Assembly (NCBI GenBank): GCA_017511265.1
Contig: JAFWKV010000022.1
Span: 1-63,689, forward strand
Direction of reading: 5' to 3'
DNA length: 63,689 nucleotides
Origin: Clostridia bacterium
Lineage (GTDB): Bacteria > Bacillota > Clostridia > TANB77 > CAG-508
The notes beneath the pieces were generated by a model that was given only the letters and a program-made list of their open reading frames with translations, was not told the DNA's origin and did no database searches. Made by a program: the position numbers and the translations under genes. Of this stretch, positions 32,464-42,547 are shown piece after piece; the stretch's first letter is position 1, and every line of letters starts with the position of its first letter.

Positions 32464-32485
32464 AACAAAAGAAACTTTACATAAA

Positions 32486-32514
32486 TTGACTTTTCTCTAA
32501 AAGTTTAGTATAAT
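32486..32514 (+). promoter_or_regulatory. SigA-like promoter
   Basis: TTGACT-N17-TATAAT. Confidence 0.6.
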
Positions 32515-32598
32515 TTAAATATGCAATTTGTTTTACTCCTATTCATTATTATTGTAAACATCTAAGGACAGTGCGAATGCACAGGGAGGAAAATTATC

Positions 32599-33081
32599 AT
32601 GATGGACTTTGGCAAAATGAAAATGACCCACGAGCAAATTGGTGACCAAAAGTATCGGATTAGAGTTGGAAATGATATAATTGAAGTTGAGCTATACTTC
32701 GATTTTCATGGCTACTTCCGTGTAGCTACACTTAATCACTATATCAAGCATCCAGGTAACAAACCTACAAATCCAAACAGGACTCAAGTTCTAGAAGTGT
32801 ATGTAGATGAATACCTGGAAACGCTTTATCTGAAAGAGCTTGAAGAAGACCTGCGAGAAATTGCAGCATTTCCAAATGCTAGTTGCCTAAAAGAAGATTA
32901 CAATGGACATTGGCTTAGGTTCTATAAAGGAACAAGTGCTGACCAAGTCATTCGAGAGTTCGAAAATGCATATAATGCATGTGTTGTTATAGGTGGCGAT
33001 ACTTATTTTATTCTAAAAGAATTGTCACAGATGCCTGATGGGTTCCTGTCAGAAAAATTAGAGGAAATGTTTAACTTCTGA
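32599..33081 (+). CDS. hypothetical protein (stand-alone unit, atypical codon usage, in-frame CGG at 32656)
   Basis: GGGAGG SD, own promoter and terminator; no family recognised. Confidence 0.75.
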   Translation: MMDFGKMKMTHEQIGDQKYRIRVGNDIIEVELYFDFHGYFRVATLNHYIKHPGNKPTNPNRTQVLEVYVDEYLETLYLKELEEDLREIAAFPNASCLKEDYNGHWLRFYKGTSADQVIREFENAYNACVVIGGDTYFILKELSQMPDGFLSEKLEEMFNF

Positions 33082-33090
33082 TTTGTGACA

Positions 33091-33136
33091 ACAACAATAA
33101 AGGCTATCTATAGTTTTAGGTAGCCTTTATTGTTGT
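33091..33136. terminator. bidirectional terminator hairpin
   Basis: acaacaataaaggctatcta / taggtagcctttattgttgt between convergent genes. Confidence 0.8.
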
Positions 33137-33176
33137 ATAAATAGAAAATAAAAAGAATCACTTTAGTAAGTGATTC

Positions 33177-33368
33177 TTAAGCTTCTTCATTTTCTTTTTT
33201 TGCTACTATTTCTTTTCCATTGTAGTAACCACAGTTTGAACAAACTCTGTGTGGCATAATTGGTTCATGACAACGTGGACAAGTTCCTAATGTAGCCTCT
33301 TCTAATTTCCAAGTAGATCTTCTTTTATGTGTTCTTGCTTTTGACCATCTTCTTTTTGGTTGTGCCAT
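33177..33368 (-). CDS. rpmF: 50S ribosomal protein L32 (Zn-ribbon type)
   Basis: MAQPKRRWSKART, CPRC...PHRVCSNCGYY. Confidence 0.97.
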   Translation of the reverse strand: MAQPKRRWSKARTHKRRSTWKLEEATLGTCPRCHEPIMPHRVCSNCGYYNGKEIVAKKENEEA

Positions 33369-33648
33369 CTTTATCCCTCCTTGTATAGATATGAATGTAT
33401 ATCTTTTTTATTTTTAACTTTTTAGTCACTATAAAATTATACATTGTTTTTTTTACTTTGTCAACTGTTTAAGGATTAAAAACGTGTAATAGTTCTGTAA
33501 TACTCTTGTAACACAAATGTAATATTTCTTCAAACCCCTTTTGGGATAAGCACCTCCAAATCCACCTTAAAAACTTGTTGCAATTGCAACAGTTTTTTCT
33601 TTTTTGTATATCTATAATCTAATCGAACTAGAGAGGAGGATATGTGCC

Positions 33649-35844
33649 ATGAAAATAATAAAAAGAGATGGGACAATAGTTGATTTTGATGCTGATAAAA
33701 TAAGAACAGCAATTCAAAAAGCAAATGGAGAAGTAAATGGAAGGGAAAAAATTTCAAAAGAGAAAATTGAGGAAATAATAAAATATATAAAAGACCTCAA
33801 TAAATCGAGAATGTTAGTTGAAGATATTCAAGATATAATTGAACAAAAATTAATGGAATATCAAAAATATAATTTAGCAAAGGCATATATTACATATAGA
33901 TATACAAGAGAACTAATTAGAAAAGCAAATACAACAGACCAATCAATAAAAGAGTTAATTGAAGGTGAAAGTGATTATTGGAATAGTGAAAATTCAAACA
34001 AAAATGCTAAAGTAGTAACAACACAAAGAGATTATTTAGCAGGAATTACAAGTACAGATATAACAAGAAGATTTTTACTTCCAGAAGATATAGTAAAGGC
34101 ACATGACAACGGAATTATTCATTTTCATGATGCAGATTACTTTGCTCAAAATGCATTACACAATTGTGAATTAATTAACTTAGATGATATGCTACAAAAT
34201 GGAACAGTAATAAATGGTGTTATGATAGAGAAGCCACATAGATTTATCACAGCAGCAACAATAGCTACACAAATAATATTAGCAGTAACATCATCAAGTT
34301 ATGGAGGAGCAACAGTTTCTCTAACACATTTGGCACCATTTGCAAGAGCAAGTTATGAAAAATATTATGAAAAATATAAAGAAAGAAATTTAAAAGAAGC
34401 AGACTGTAAAAAGTTTGCTAAACAAGATATGAAAAAAGAAATTGCAGATGGAGTACAAACATTTAACTATCAAGTAAATTCAATGACAAACACAAATGGA
34501 CAAGCACCATTTTTATCAGTTGCTATGTACTTAGGTGAAACTGACGAATATAAAGAAGAACTTGCAATGATTATAGAAGAATTTTTAAATCAAAGAATAT
34601 TAGGATTTAAAAATGAAAAGGGTGTATATATTACACCAGCATTTCCAAAGCTACTATATGTTCTTGAAGAAGATAATATTCATGAAAATAGCAAATACTG
34701 GTACTTAACAGAGCTTGCAGCAAAATGCACAGCTAAAAGAATGGTTCCAGATTACATTTCAGAAAAAGTTATGAAAGAATTAAAGAAAAATGAAATGGGA
34801 GATGGAGAATGTTATCCTTGTATGGGATGCAGATCATTCCTAACACCAGACAGAACAATGAGTAAAGGAAATATTGCAAAAGCTAAAAACTATGTAGAAG
34901 GCAAAGGAAAATATTATGGAAGATTCAATCAAGGTGTTGTTACAATAAATCTTCCAGATGTTGCATTAACAGCAGATAAAAATATGGATTTATTCTGGGA
35001 AATATTTGAAGATAGACTTGAATTATGCCATAAAGCCCTAAAATTAAGACACAACAGATTAGCAAGAGCAACAAGCAATGTAGCGCCAATTTTATGGCAA
35101 CATGGAGCATTAGCAAGACTAGATAAAGATGAATCAATTCATGAATTATTACACAATGGATATTCAACAATTTCTCTAGGATATGCAGGATTGTATGAAT
35201 GTGTTAAATATATGACAGGACATAGCCATACAGATAATGGCAAAGGAAAAGAATTTGCATTAAAAGTAATGCAAAGAATGAATGATAAATGCAAAGAATG
35301 GAAAGAAGAAGAGAACATCGATTACAGTGTATATGGAACTCCAATAGAATCTACAACATACAAATTTGCAAAATGTTTAAGAGATAGATTTGGAGTTGTA
35401 AAAGGTATAACAGATAGAGATTATATTACAAATTCATATCATGTTCCAGTATTTGAAGAAATTGATGCATTTTCAAAACTAAAATTGGAAAGTGAATTCC
35501 AAATGCTAAGTCCTGGTGGAGCTATATCTTATATAGAAACACCAAATTTACAAAATAACTTAGAGTCAGTAATTCAAGTAATTAAGTTTATATATGACAA
35601 CATAATGTATGCTGAATTAAACACAAAATCTGACTATTGCCAAGAATGTGGTTTTGATGGAGAAATATTAATAGATGACAATATGGAATGGTATTGCCCA
35701 AATTGTGGAAATAGAAATCACGACACATTAAATGTAGCAAGAAGAACTTGCGGTTATATAGGAAGTAATTTCTGGAACAGGGGAAGAACGCAAGAAATAA
35801 AAGAAAGAGTTATACATTTAGATAATAAAGATTTAGAAGAATAA
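33649..35844 (+). CDS. nrdD: anaerobic ribonucleoside-triphosphate reductase (class III) with ATP cone
   Basis: MKIIKRDG ATP cone, MGCRSF, CQEC/CPNC, RRTCGY glycyl-radical motif. Confidence 0.96.
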   Translation: MKIIKRDGTIVDFDADKIRTAIQKANGEVNGREKISKEKIEEIIKYIKDLNKSRMLVEDIQDIIEQKLMEYQKYNLAKAYITYRYTRELIRKANTTDQSIKELIEGESDYWNSENSNKNAKVVTTQRDYLAGITSTDITRRFLLPEDIVKAHDNGIIHFHDADYFAQNALHNCELINLDDMLQNGTVINGVMIEKPHRFITAATIATQIILAVTSSSYGGATVSLTHLAPFARASYEKYYEKYKERNLKEADCKKFAKQDMKKEIADGVQTFNYQVNSMTNTNGQAPFLSVAMYLGETDEYKEELAMIIEEFLNQRILGFKNEKGVYITPAFPKLLYVLEEDNIHENSKYWYLTELAAKCTAKRMVPDYISEKVMKELKKNEMGDGECYPCMGCRSFLTPDRTMSKGNIAKAKNYVEGKGKYYGRFNQGVVTINLPDVALTADKNMDLFWEIFEDRLELCHKALKLRHNRLARATSNVAPILWQHGALARLDKDESIHELLHNGYSTISLGYAGLYECVKYMTGHSHTDNGKGKEFALKVMQRMNDKCKEWKEEENIDYSVYGTPIESTTYKFAKCLRDRFGVVKGITDRDYITNSYHVPVFEEIDAFSKLKLESEFQMLSPGGAISYIETPNLQNNLESVIQVIKFIYDNIMYAELNTKSDYCQECGFDGEILIDDNMEWYCPNCGNRNHDTLNVARRTCGYIGSNFWNRGRTQEIKERVIHLDNKDLEE

Positions 35845-35863
35845 ATTTTATTATTTAGATAGT

Positions 35864-35957
35864 CTAAGTGTAGATATATAAATATATTTTGAACAAAACA
35901 TAGCTGGGGTCTTCCTATGGGTCTTGTTCTTAAATATATTTATATATCTACACTTAG
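35864..35957. repeat. palindromic element with 26-bp perfect arms between nrdD and nrdG
   Basis: ctaagtgtagatatataaatatattt / aaatatatttatatatctacacttag. Confidence 0.88.
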
Positions 35958-35998
35958 AATTCTCAATATTAAAATTAAAAAAGGAATGAATAATAAAA

Positions 35999-36487
35999 AT
36001 GAGATACAATAAGATTAGAAAAATGGATATATCAAATGGACCTGGGGTTAGAGTTTCAATTTTTACGCAAGGGTGTGCGTTTAATTGCCCTAATTGCTTT
36101 AATCCTGAAACACATGATTTTACAGCTGGTAAAGAGTTTACAGATGAAACTATGAACAAAATATTAGATTTATGTGATAATGAAAATATTGAGGGACTTT
36201 CAATTTTAGGAGGAGAGCCAATGCATCCAAATAATATTGAAGGAACAACAAAACTTGCAAAAGCCTTTAAAGAAAGATTTCCAAATAAAGATTTATGGGC
36301 ATGGTCTGGATATAAGTTTGATGAGTACATTAAGGATAAGGATATTACTAAATATTTAGATGTTGTCGTAGATGGACAATTTGTTGAAGCAGAGAAAAAT
36401 CCAACACTTAAATGGAAGGGCTCTGGAAATCAAAGAGTAATTGATGTACAGAAGTCCATTGAAACAAATAGAATTGTTTTAAAATGA
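35999..36487 (+). CDS. nrdG: anaerobic RNR activating enzyme
   Basis: NGPGVR, CAFNCPNC, GGEP, WKGSGNQRVID. Confidence 0.96.
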   Translation: MRYNKIRKMDISNGPGVRVSIFTQGCAFNCPNCFNPETHDFTAGKEFTDETMNKILDLCDNENIEGLSILGGEPMHPNNIEGTTKLAKAFKERFPNKDLWAWSGYKFDEYIKDKDITKYLDVVVDGQFVEAEKNPTLKWKGSGNQRVIDVQKSIETNRIVLK

Positions 36488-36656
36488 TTATGCTAGAAAT
36501 AATACCAGAAAAGCTGTTAAGATTACAATACGCAGATGCTAAGTCACATCATCCAGAATATGTTATAATTATACTGATTTAATTATTAAAAAAATTGACA
36601 AGATGTAATCAATAATTTCGTCAACACTAAATTTATAAAGAGAAGGAAAAAATAGC

Positions 36657-38651
36657 ATGAAAAATAAGAATTTAAAAGTATTTTTATCAGTAATAATTAC
36701 TGTATTATTAACATTAATAATTACTAATTCAACTGTAAAGGCAAATAATGAACCTACATATTTACCTAAGGATATAACAGCTTATTCTTTTGGATTAGAA
36801 AACTCGAATACATTTACATGTTTATTTAGAGACGATTTGCCAGAAGTTCCATTTGTCAATGTCGAAAATTTTTTAGAAGAATTATATACATTAAATTATA
36901 CAACCACAAAACAATCAAACGATATTTATATAGTATCATGTGAAAATGGAGAAATGGAAATAGATGTAGAAAACGATAAAATTCACTTTGATGCATTTGA
37001 ATCATTTGTCTATAATAATATAAAGTATCAACTAGAACCAAGTTCATTTGTAAAAGAACATAAACTTGAATATGATGGCTTAAATAATTCAGTAAATTTA
37101 GATTTAAAAAAATATAATATGGATATTGTAGAATACAATGGAAATGTATACATGCCTTTACCAGTTATAAATGATATAACTATGACAACATATTCATCAG
37201 GAATATATTTAGATGACAAAATTTATATTGTTGGATATAACGACGATTACTATTTTGATATAACTCCAATATATGAAAATATGACTAGAAGTCAAGCCTT
37301 GGCAGATTTTTCTTATGATGAATTATGCTTTGCCATTGACTACTTTTATGGAAGACCATCACATGCCCAAATATCTGATGGAATAAAGGAAAAAGGTTTA
37401 GACTTAGCAATTAATGAGTATTCTTTTAACCCTGAATTAGTAAAGCGATTATTAAAATCAACAGACAATGTTGACTATTTCTATGGCTTAGCTGGATTAG
37501 ATCCTATATTTGAAGATGGCGGACATACAAGTTTTACAGCTAAGTTGTACATGGAAATTGATGAAAAATTCAAAGATTCTCCACTGTTTCAAAATATTCA
37601 AGCAGTAAAGACAGATGTTACTGATGAAAGATATCAGATTATTGAACAACCTAATTCTCTTTTTAAAATGATGTCAGATTTTTCTGATTTATCTTATTAT
37701 ATTGCTAAAGAAGATGCATATAAAAACTATACAAATATAAAAAACTGGAAAGATAATTCAGACAATACTATTGCATCTTTATATAAGTACAAAGAGTCGA
37801 CAATTTTTAGCTTTGATAGTTTTGATGATAAAGGAGTTTATGCATTTAAAGAAGCACTAGATTATGCTGAAGAACTGGGCTTGAAAAATTTTATTATTGA
37901 TTTAAGCACTAATGGTGGAGGAAATGACACAATGGTTTCTTATATGATGTCAATAATGACAGAAGATGATATGGTTTTTAAAACTACAAGTGTTATTTCA
38001 AATAGTAAAATGAAAAAACTAATTGAAGTAGACAAAAATTTAGATGGCGTTTTTGATGAGAAAGATAAAGAAGTCAAATATGATTTTAATTTTGCAATTT
38101 TAGAATCAAAGGTATCATTTTCCTGTGGTAATTTATTACCTTGTCTAGCAAAAGATAATGGAATAGCTGTTGTAGGCGAAAATTCTGGCGGAGGCTCATG
38201 TGCTGTTAGCTTAAATTTTACTCCTAATAATTATTTATACTGTATGTCTGGAATTAATAAATTAGTAATGGCTGACGGACAAGATGTAGATTTAGGTGCA
38301 ACACCTGACTTAGTTTTAAAGGATGCTGATGAAGATGATTGTAGTGGCTTATACGATTTTGACTCAATCAATGCATTTTTAAAAGAATTTTATAAAGCTA
38401 ATGAGGAACCAGAAAAAATAGTTAATGAAATTTCAAAAGAAAAAAATCAAGTAGAATCAACTGCAGAAACAAATGAAGATACTCAAGAAAACGAAATATT
38501 TATTACTGAAGCTACAGAAAAAGAAACACAAAACTCAAAAGTAAACAACCCAAAAACAGGAGACAATATTGTAATATGGATTAGTTTAATGGTAACTTCA
38601 ATTTTAGGAGCTATAGGAACAGCATTATATGTAAAGAGGGAAGAGATATAA
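36657..38651 (+). CDS. sortase-anchored S41-family peptidase-like surface protein
   Basis: Signal peptide; IIDLSTNGGG and SFSCGN S41 motifs; NPKTG + TM + basic tail. Confidence 0.75.
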   Translation: MKNKNLKVFLSVIITVLLTLIITNSTVKANNEPTYLPKDITAYSFGLENSNTFTCLFRDDLPEVPFVNVENFLEELYTLNYTTTKQSNDIYIVSCENGEMEIDVENDKIHFDAFESFVYNNIKYQLEPSSFVKEHKLEYDGLNNSVNLDLKKYNMDIVEYNGNVYMPLPVINDITMTTYSSGIYLDDKIYIVGYNDDYYFDITPIYENMTRSQALADFSYDELCFAIDYFYGRPSHAQISDGIKEKGLDLAINEYSFNPELVKRLLKSTDNVDYFYGLAGLDPIFEDGGHTSFTAKLYMEIDEKFKDSPLFQNIQAVKTDVTDERYQIIEQPNSLFKMMSDFSDLSYYIAKEDAYKNYTNIKNWKDNSDNTIASLYKYKESTIFSFDSFDDKGVYAFKEALDYAEELGLKNFIIDLSTNGGGNDTMVSYMMSIMTEDDMVFKTTSVISNSKMKKLIEVDKNLDGVFDEKDKEVKYDFNFAILESKVSFSCGNLLPCLAKDNGIAVVGENSGGGSCAVSLNFTPNNYLYCMSGINKLVMADGQDVDLGATPDLVLKDADEDDCSGLYDFDSINAFLKEFYKANEEPEKIVNEISKEKNQVESTAETNEDTQENEIFITEATEKETQNSKVNNPKTGDNIVIWISLMVTSILGAIGTALYVKREEI

Positions 38652-38758
38652 TTAGTAAAAATGAAAATGTGCTATCTTTGTGAGGCAATTTTTTAATTTG
38701 ATTAATAGCAAAAGCTTATCATCCTGCATATTATGTAATTAGGGAGGCAAAAGGAAAA

Positions 38759-39120
38759 ATGAACAATACATTATATAGTATAGCAGGAATTTTAATACCT
38801 TTTTTAGGTACAACTTTTGGTAGTGGATTTGTATTATTTTTAAAAAAGAACTTGAATGGAAAAATACAAAAGTTAATTGTTGGATTTGCGGCAGGTGTTA
38901 TGATAGCTGCAAGTATATGGTCATTAATACTTCCATCTGCAGAGCTTGCAGAAGAACAAGGAGTTGTGGGATGGCTACCACCAGCTATTGGATTTATATT
39001 AGGAATAGTGTTTTTGATTATAACAAATTATATTGCAGATAAAATTGCAAAAAGAAAAAGCGGAAAAAAACTTAATATGCTTATGTTTTCGGTTACACTA
39101 CATAACATTCCAGAAGGAAT
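38759..39120 (+). pseudogene. ZIP (ZupT/GufA-like) metal transporter, 5' part, interrupted by integrative element
   Basis: GFAAGVMIAASIWSLI, TLHNIPEG; similarity stops at 39120. Confidence 0.92.
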
Positions 39121-39557
39121 TGCCCTAATTAGAGTGAAGCCAGTTTTTGCAAGGCTTTGAGGTGCTATAAGGAATTGCCCAAATTAGAGTGTAAATTGAA
39201 ATTGCTTGGAAAATAGTTTGGATTTACAAAAAGGACATGTAATGGAAAATACAAAACATAAAAACTTATACTGCAGTCTATGTTTTTAGAGACGAAAATG
39301 CTGAATTGGATGAGTGAAATCCAAAATTTGGAGGCTTTAACACATCCAAAATGGCATTTTTTTTATACTTTTGTTTTGGAGGTTTTAGTAGCATTCAAAA
39401 TACTAAAAAATAAACAAAAGCTCAAAAAACATTGTTTCTTGTTTAAAGGATAAGATACAACAAAAGAAAAAGCAGTGCAAAAAGTACATATTTTTATGTA
39501 TATTACCGGAATTTACTTTTATATTTAAGGGGTGAATACAAATTTTTGTAAAAAACA

Positions 39558-39586
39558 TTGACATAATACAAATCACATGATATTAT
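39558..39586 (+). promoter_or_regulatory. SigA promoter with extended -10 driving precursor peptide
   Basis: TTGACA-N17 (with TG)-TATTAT. Confidence 0.7.
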
Positions 39587-39621
39587 AAGAGCGTAAAATC
39601 TTAGTAAGGAGGAAACTTATT

Positions 39622-39702
39622 ATGAGAGAAAACGATAACGAAAACCAAAATGAACTTGAAGAAATCACATCTGTAAGCTGCGGAACATGTGATATTAATT
39701 AA
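39622..39702 (+). CDS. putative RiPP precursor peptide, 26 aa MRENDNENQNELEEITSVSCGTCDIN
   Basis: AAGGAGG SD, promoter upstream, hairpin downstream, acidic leader + CxxC core; first gene of rSAM cluster; below ORF-track cutoff. Confidence 0.8.
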   Translation: MRENDNENQNELEEITSVSCGTCDIN

Positions 39703-39708
39703 TTATGG

Positions 39709-39754
39709 AGATACCTATAATTTTGATGTTTAAATTATAGGTATCTAATTTTTT
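39709..39754 (+). terminator. hairpin/attenuating terminator after precursor gene
   Basis: agatacctataattt-8nt-aaattataggtatct followed by a T-run. Confidence 0.75.
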
Positions 39755-39764
39755 AGGATGGTAA

Positions 39765-40349
39765 ATGTATATGAATATTATACTAAATTTAGATAATTTA
39801 CTAAAAAGTGATGAAACGAACCAATTAATTTCTGTAAAAATTCTAATAACTCATAATAAAATTTCATCAGAGTATAAAGGAATTTTCAAATCAACAGATA
39901 TAAATTTAAAGACAGATATTGAATTTGCTGAAAATGAAAAATACAGTATAGTTTTTAGCATAGTTATTTTAGGAAAGCAAATTGTTAAAGAAAAATATTC
40001 TTTTGTTTATAAAGAAAACCTAAGCTATCAAATTAAAGATGGAAAAATAAATCTTAAAATTATGAATAAAAATATGGAAAACAGTATAAAACCAATTTTT
40101 AATATAACTTATAGAACATATAATAATTATAATTTTAAAATTAATCCACTAGCAATTATTAGAAAAGAAGATGATAATAAAGAAACCATTTTTTTTAGTG
40201 ATAATGTTTATATTATAAGAGACAAGCTCATGGAAATAATTAATAAAATACATTATAATAATAAATTTAAAGAAGACATTGAAAAATATAAAAAAATTGA
40301 ATCAATCAATTTATTAATATCGAAAGGGTGCATTATTTGTTATGAATAG
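39765..40349 (+). CDS. hypothetical protein, C-terminus possibly RRE/PqqD-like
   Basis: Overlaps next gene; C-terminal strand-strand-strand/helix pattern ending LLISKGCI resembles RRE folds (inference). Confidence 0.6.
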   Translation: MYMNIILNLDNLLKSDETNQLISVKILITHNKISSEYKGIFKSTDINLKTDIEFAENEKYSIVFSIVILGKQIVKEKYSFVYKENLSYQIKDGKINLKIMNKNMENSIKPIFNITYRTYNNYNFKINPLAIIRKEDDNKETIFFSDNVYIIRDKLMEIINKIHYNNKFKEDIEKYKKIESINLLISKGCIICYE

Positions 40350-41346
40350 TGATTTGATTATAAATACTTCAAATTATCCATTTTCTGTAGGATGGGCAAT
40401 TACTAATAAATGTAATCTACATTGTATACATTGTAATATGAATAGCGGAAGTGCATTAGAAAATGAGTTAACAAAAGAAGAATGCTTTAGAATTATTGAT
40501 GAATTAAGTTTTAACAATGTTCAAAAAATTTGCTTTTTTGGAGGAGAGCCTTTAGTAAGAAATGATTTTTTTGAAATAGCAAATTATGCAGGAAAAAAAG
40601 GAATATTTGTAAGCTTTACAACAAATGGATTATTAATTGATGAAAATATGATTGATAATGAATTATATAAATTTGAACTTATAAGAGTTAGTTTAGATGG
40701 ACCAACGCCAGAAACACATGAGTTTATTAGAAATTTAAAAGGTTGCTTTGATATAACAGTAAATAATGTAAAAAAAATGACAGAAAAAGGTATTAGTGTT
40801 GGGATAGTTACTTGTATTTCACATAAAAATATAAATTATATTGAAGAAATGATTAGCTTTTTAGAAACTTTAAAAATAAAAAGATGGTTTATACCTATAT
40901 TATCTGCTGCTGGGAGAGGAAGCAATATTGAAAAAGAAATTCTTACTCCAGAAGAGGTAAAACAATTGTTAATAAAACTTGAAAAAATAGCTATAGATAT
41001 AGACTTTTCGATAAACTTAGATTTACCATATTCAACATTACTAAAGGATAAAAATAATAAAATAAAAGCTTCTTGCCCAGCTGCTACAACAGAATTAGCT
41101 ATTTTTGCCAATGGAGATGTTTCACCATGTTGTGAAATTCCTATAATGGGGGGAAATTTAAGGACAAAATCTATATCTGAAATTTGGAATAAAAGTAAAG
41201 TGTTTGTAGACTTCAGAAATAGAAATTTAATAAAGGGTAAGTGCAAAAATTGTAAATATATTAAAAATTGTGGTGGATGCAGAGCAAATGCATACATAAA
41301 ATACGGAGACTATATGCAGGGAGATGATGTATGTTGGAAAGAATAA
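40342..41346 (+). CDS. radical SAM/SPASM domain protein 1
   Basis: CNLHCIHC, GGEPL, TTNG, SLDG; SPASM CPAA..GDVSPC..CKNC...CGGCRA..C. Confidence 0.95.
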   Translation: MNSDLIINTSNYPFSVGWAITNKCNLHCIHCNMNSGSALENELTKEECFRIIDELSFNNVQKICFFGGEPLVRNDFFEIANYAGKKGIFVSFTTNGLLIDENMIDNELYKFELIRVSLDGPTPETHEFIRNLKGCFDITVNNVKKMTEKGISVGIVTCISHKNINYIEEMISFLETLKIKRWFIPILSAAGRGSNIEKEILTPEEVKQLLIKLEKIAIDIDFSINLDLPYSTLLKDKNNKIKASCPAATTELAIFANGDVSPCCEIPIMGGNLRTKSISEIWNKSKVFVDFRNRNLIKGKCKNCKYIKNCGGCRANAYIKYGDYMQGDDVCWKE

Positions 41347-41546
41347 ATATTGAAGAATACAGATTTAGAGAAGAAGGAGAGAATTTATTATTAGCTTTTA
41401 ATGTTATAACATCAGAAATGTTCTTTTTAAAAGGCAAAAGCAAAGACTATATTATTTCATTGTTAAATAACAGCAAATACGATGGAAAAATCAATAGAAA
41501 AAATCTTGAAATGTTAAAAGACAAAAAAATAATCTTAGGAGGATAA
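41331..41546 (+). CDS. small PqqD/RRE-like peptide-binding protein
   Basis: 71 aa, FREEG..LLAFNVITSEMFFL...LKDKKII pattern; wedged between rSAM genes. Confidence 0.6.
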   Translation: MLERINIEEYRFREEGENLLLAFNVITSEMFFLKGKSKDYIISLLNNSKYDGKINRKNLEMLKDKKIILGG

Positions 41547-41548
41547 AA

Positions 41549-42547
41549 ATGGAGTACAAGAATATGAATGTTACGATTGATGTAACTTCAAGATGTAATT
41601 TAAGATGTAAACATTGTAGGGTTAATGAAATTGAATATGATATGACATTAGATGAAATTGAACAAGTTTTTAAAAAGCTAAATAATTTTAAACCTAGAGG
41701 TGTATTCATAAGTGGTGGTGAACCATTAATTAGAGATGATATAGCTGAAATTGTAAAAAAATCAAAAAAATTAGCTCCAGTTACAGTTTTAAATACAAAT
41801 TCATTGCTATTAACAGAGAATAAACTAAAAGAATTAATTGATGCAGGACTGAATTATATTCAAGTTAGTTTAGATGGTATTGAGGAATTACATGATTATA
41901 TTAGAGGAAATGGAACATATAGAGAAACTATATCAAAAATGAAAATGATAAATAAATATTCTGGACAAATAAATTTGCATATTAGCAGTGTTGTATCACT
42001 AAAAAATATAGATTTTATGGAAGAATTTGCTCGACAAATTCTTGAAGTTGAAAAAATAAATGTGCAAATTTTAGGTTTTAAACGCTTTATACCTAATAAT
42101 GTGCTAAGAGATAGTGCATCATTAGGAAAAGATGGACTAAAGAAATTGTATCAAAACCTTGAATTACTGCAAGAAAAATATGAAGGAAAAACAATAATTG
42201 CATCAGATATGCCAATGAAGAATGTTTTTAATGAAAAAAAAGCGCATGAAATTATGGAAAAATATAATTTAGATTGTGTAGGGTGTTCTGCTGGAGTAAA
42301 TGGAATAAGTATTAGAAATGATGGAACTGTAACTCCTTGTACATTGTTATATATATCATGTGGAAATATATTAAAACAAAATTTAGATAAAATAATGCAG
42401 AATGCAGACATGATTAAAATAAAAGAACGTGAATTAAAAGGTAGATGCGGAAAGTGTAAATATAAGCAGCTTTGTGGTGGCTGCAGAGCTGCTGCATATC
42501 AAATATCAGGAGATTTTTTAGAAGAGGATTCGGAGTGTTTTATATGA
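41549..42547 (+). CDS. radical SAM/SPASM domain protein 2
   Basis: CNLRCKHC, SGGEPL, NTNS, SLDG; CSAG...GTVTPC...CGKC...CGGCRA..C. Confidence 0.95.
   Translation: MEYKNMNVTIDVTSRCNLRCKHCRVNEIEYDMTLDEIEQVFKKLNNFKPRGVFISGGEPLIRDDIAEIVKKSKKLAPVTVLNTNSLLLTENKLKELIDAGLNYIQVSLDGIEELHDYIRGNGTYRETISKMKMINKYSGQINLHISSVVSLKNIDFMEEFARQILEVEKINVQILGFKRFIPNNVLRDSASLGKDGLKKLYQNLELLQEKYEGKTIIASDMPMKNVFNEKKAHEIMEKYNLDCVGCSAGVNGISIRNDGTVTPCTLLYISCGNILKQNLDKIMQNADMIKIKERELKGRCGKCKYKQLCGGCRAAAYQISGDFLEEDSECFI

Noticed and set aside
33370-33648. NrdR boxes or a riboswitch upstream of nrdD
   Set aside because: Only weak partial matches; a palindrome at about 33570-33597 does not fit the NrdR consensus and no riboswitch core motif was recognised.
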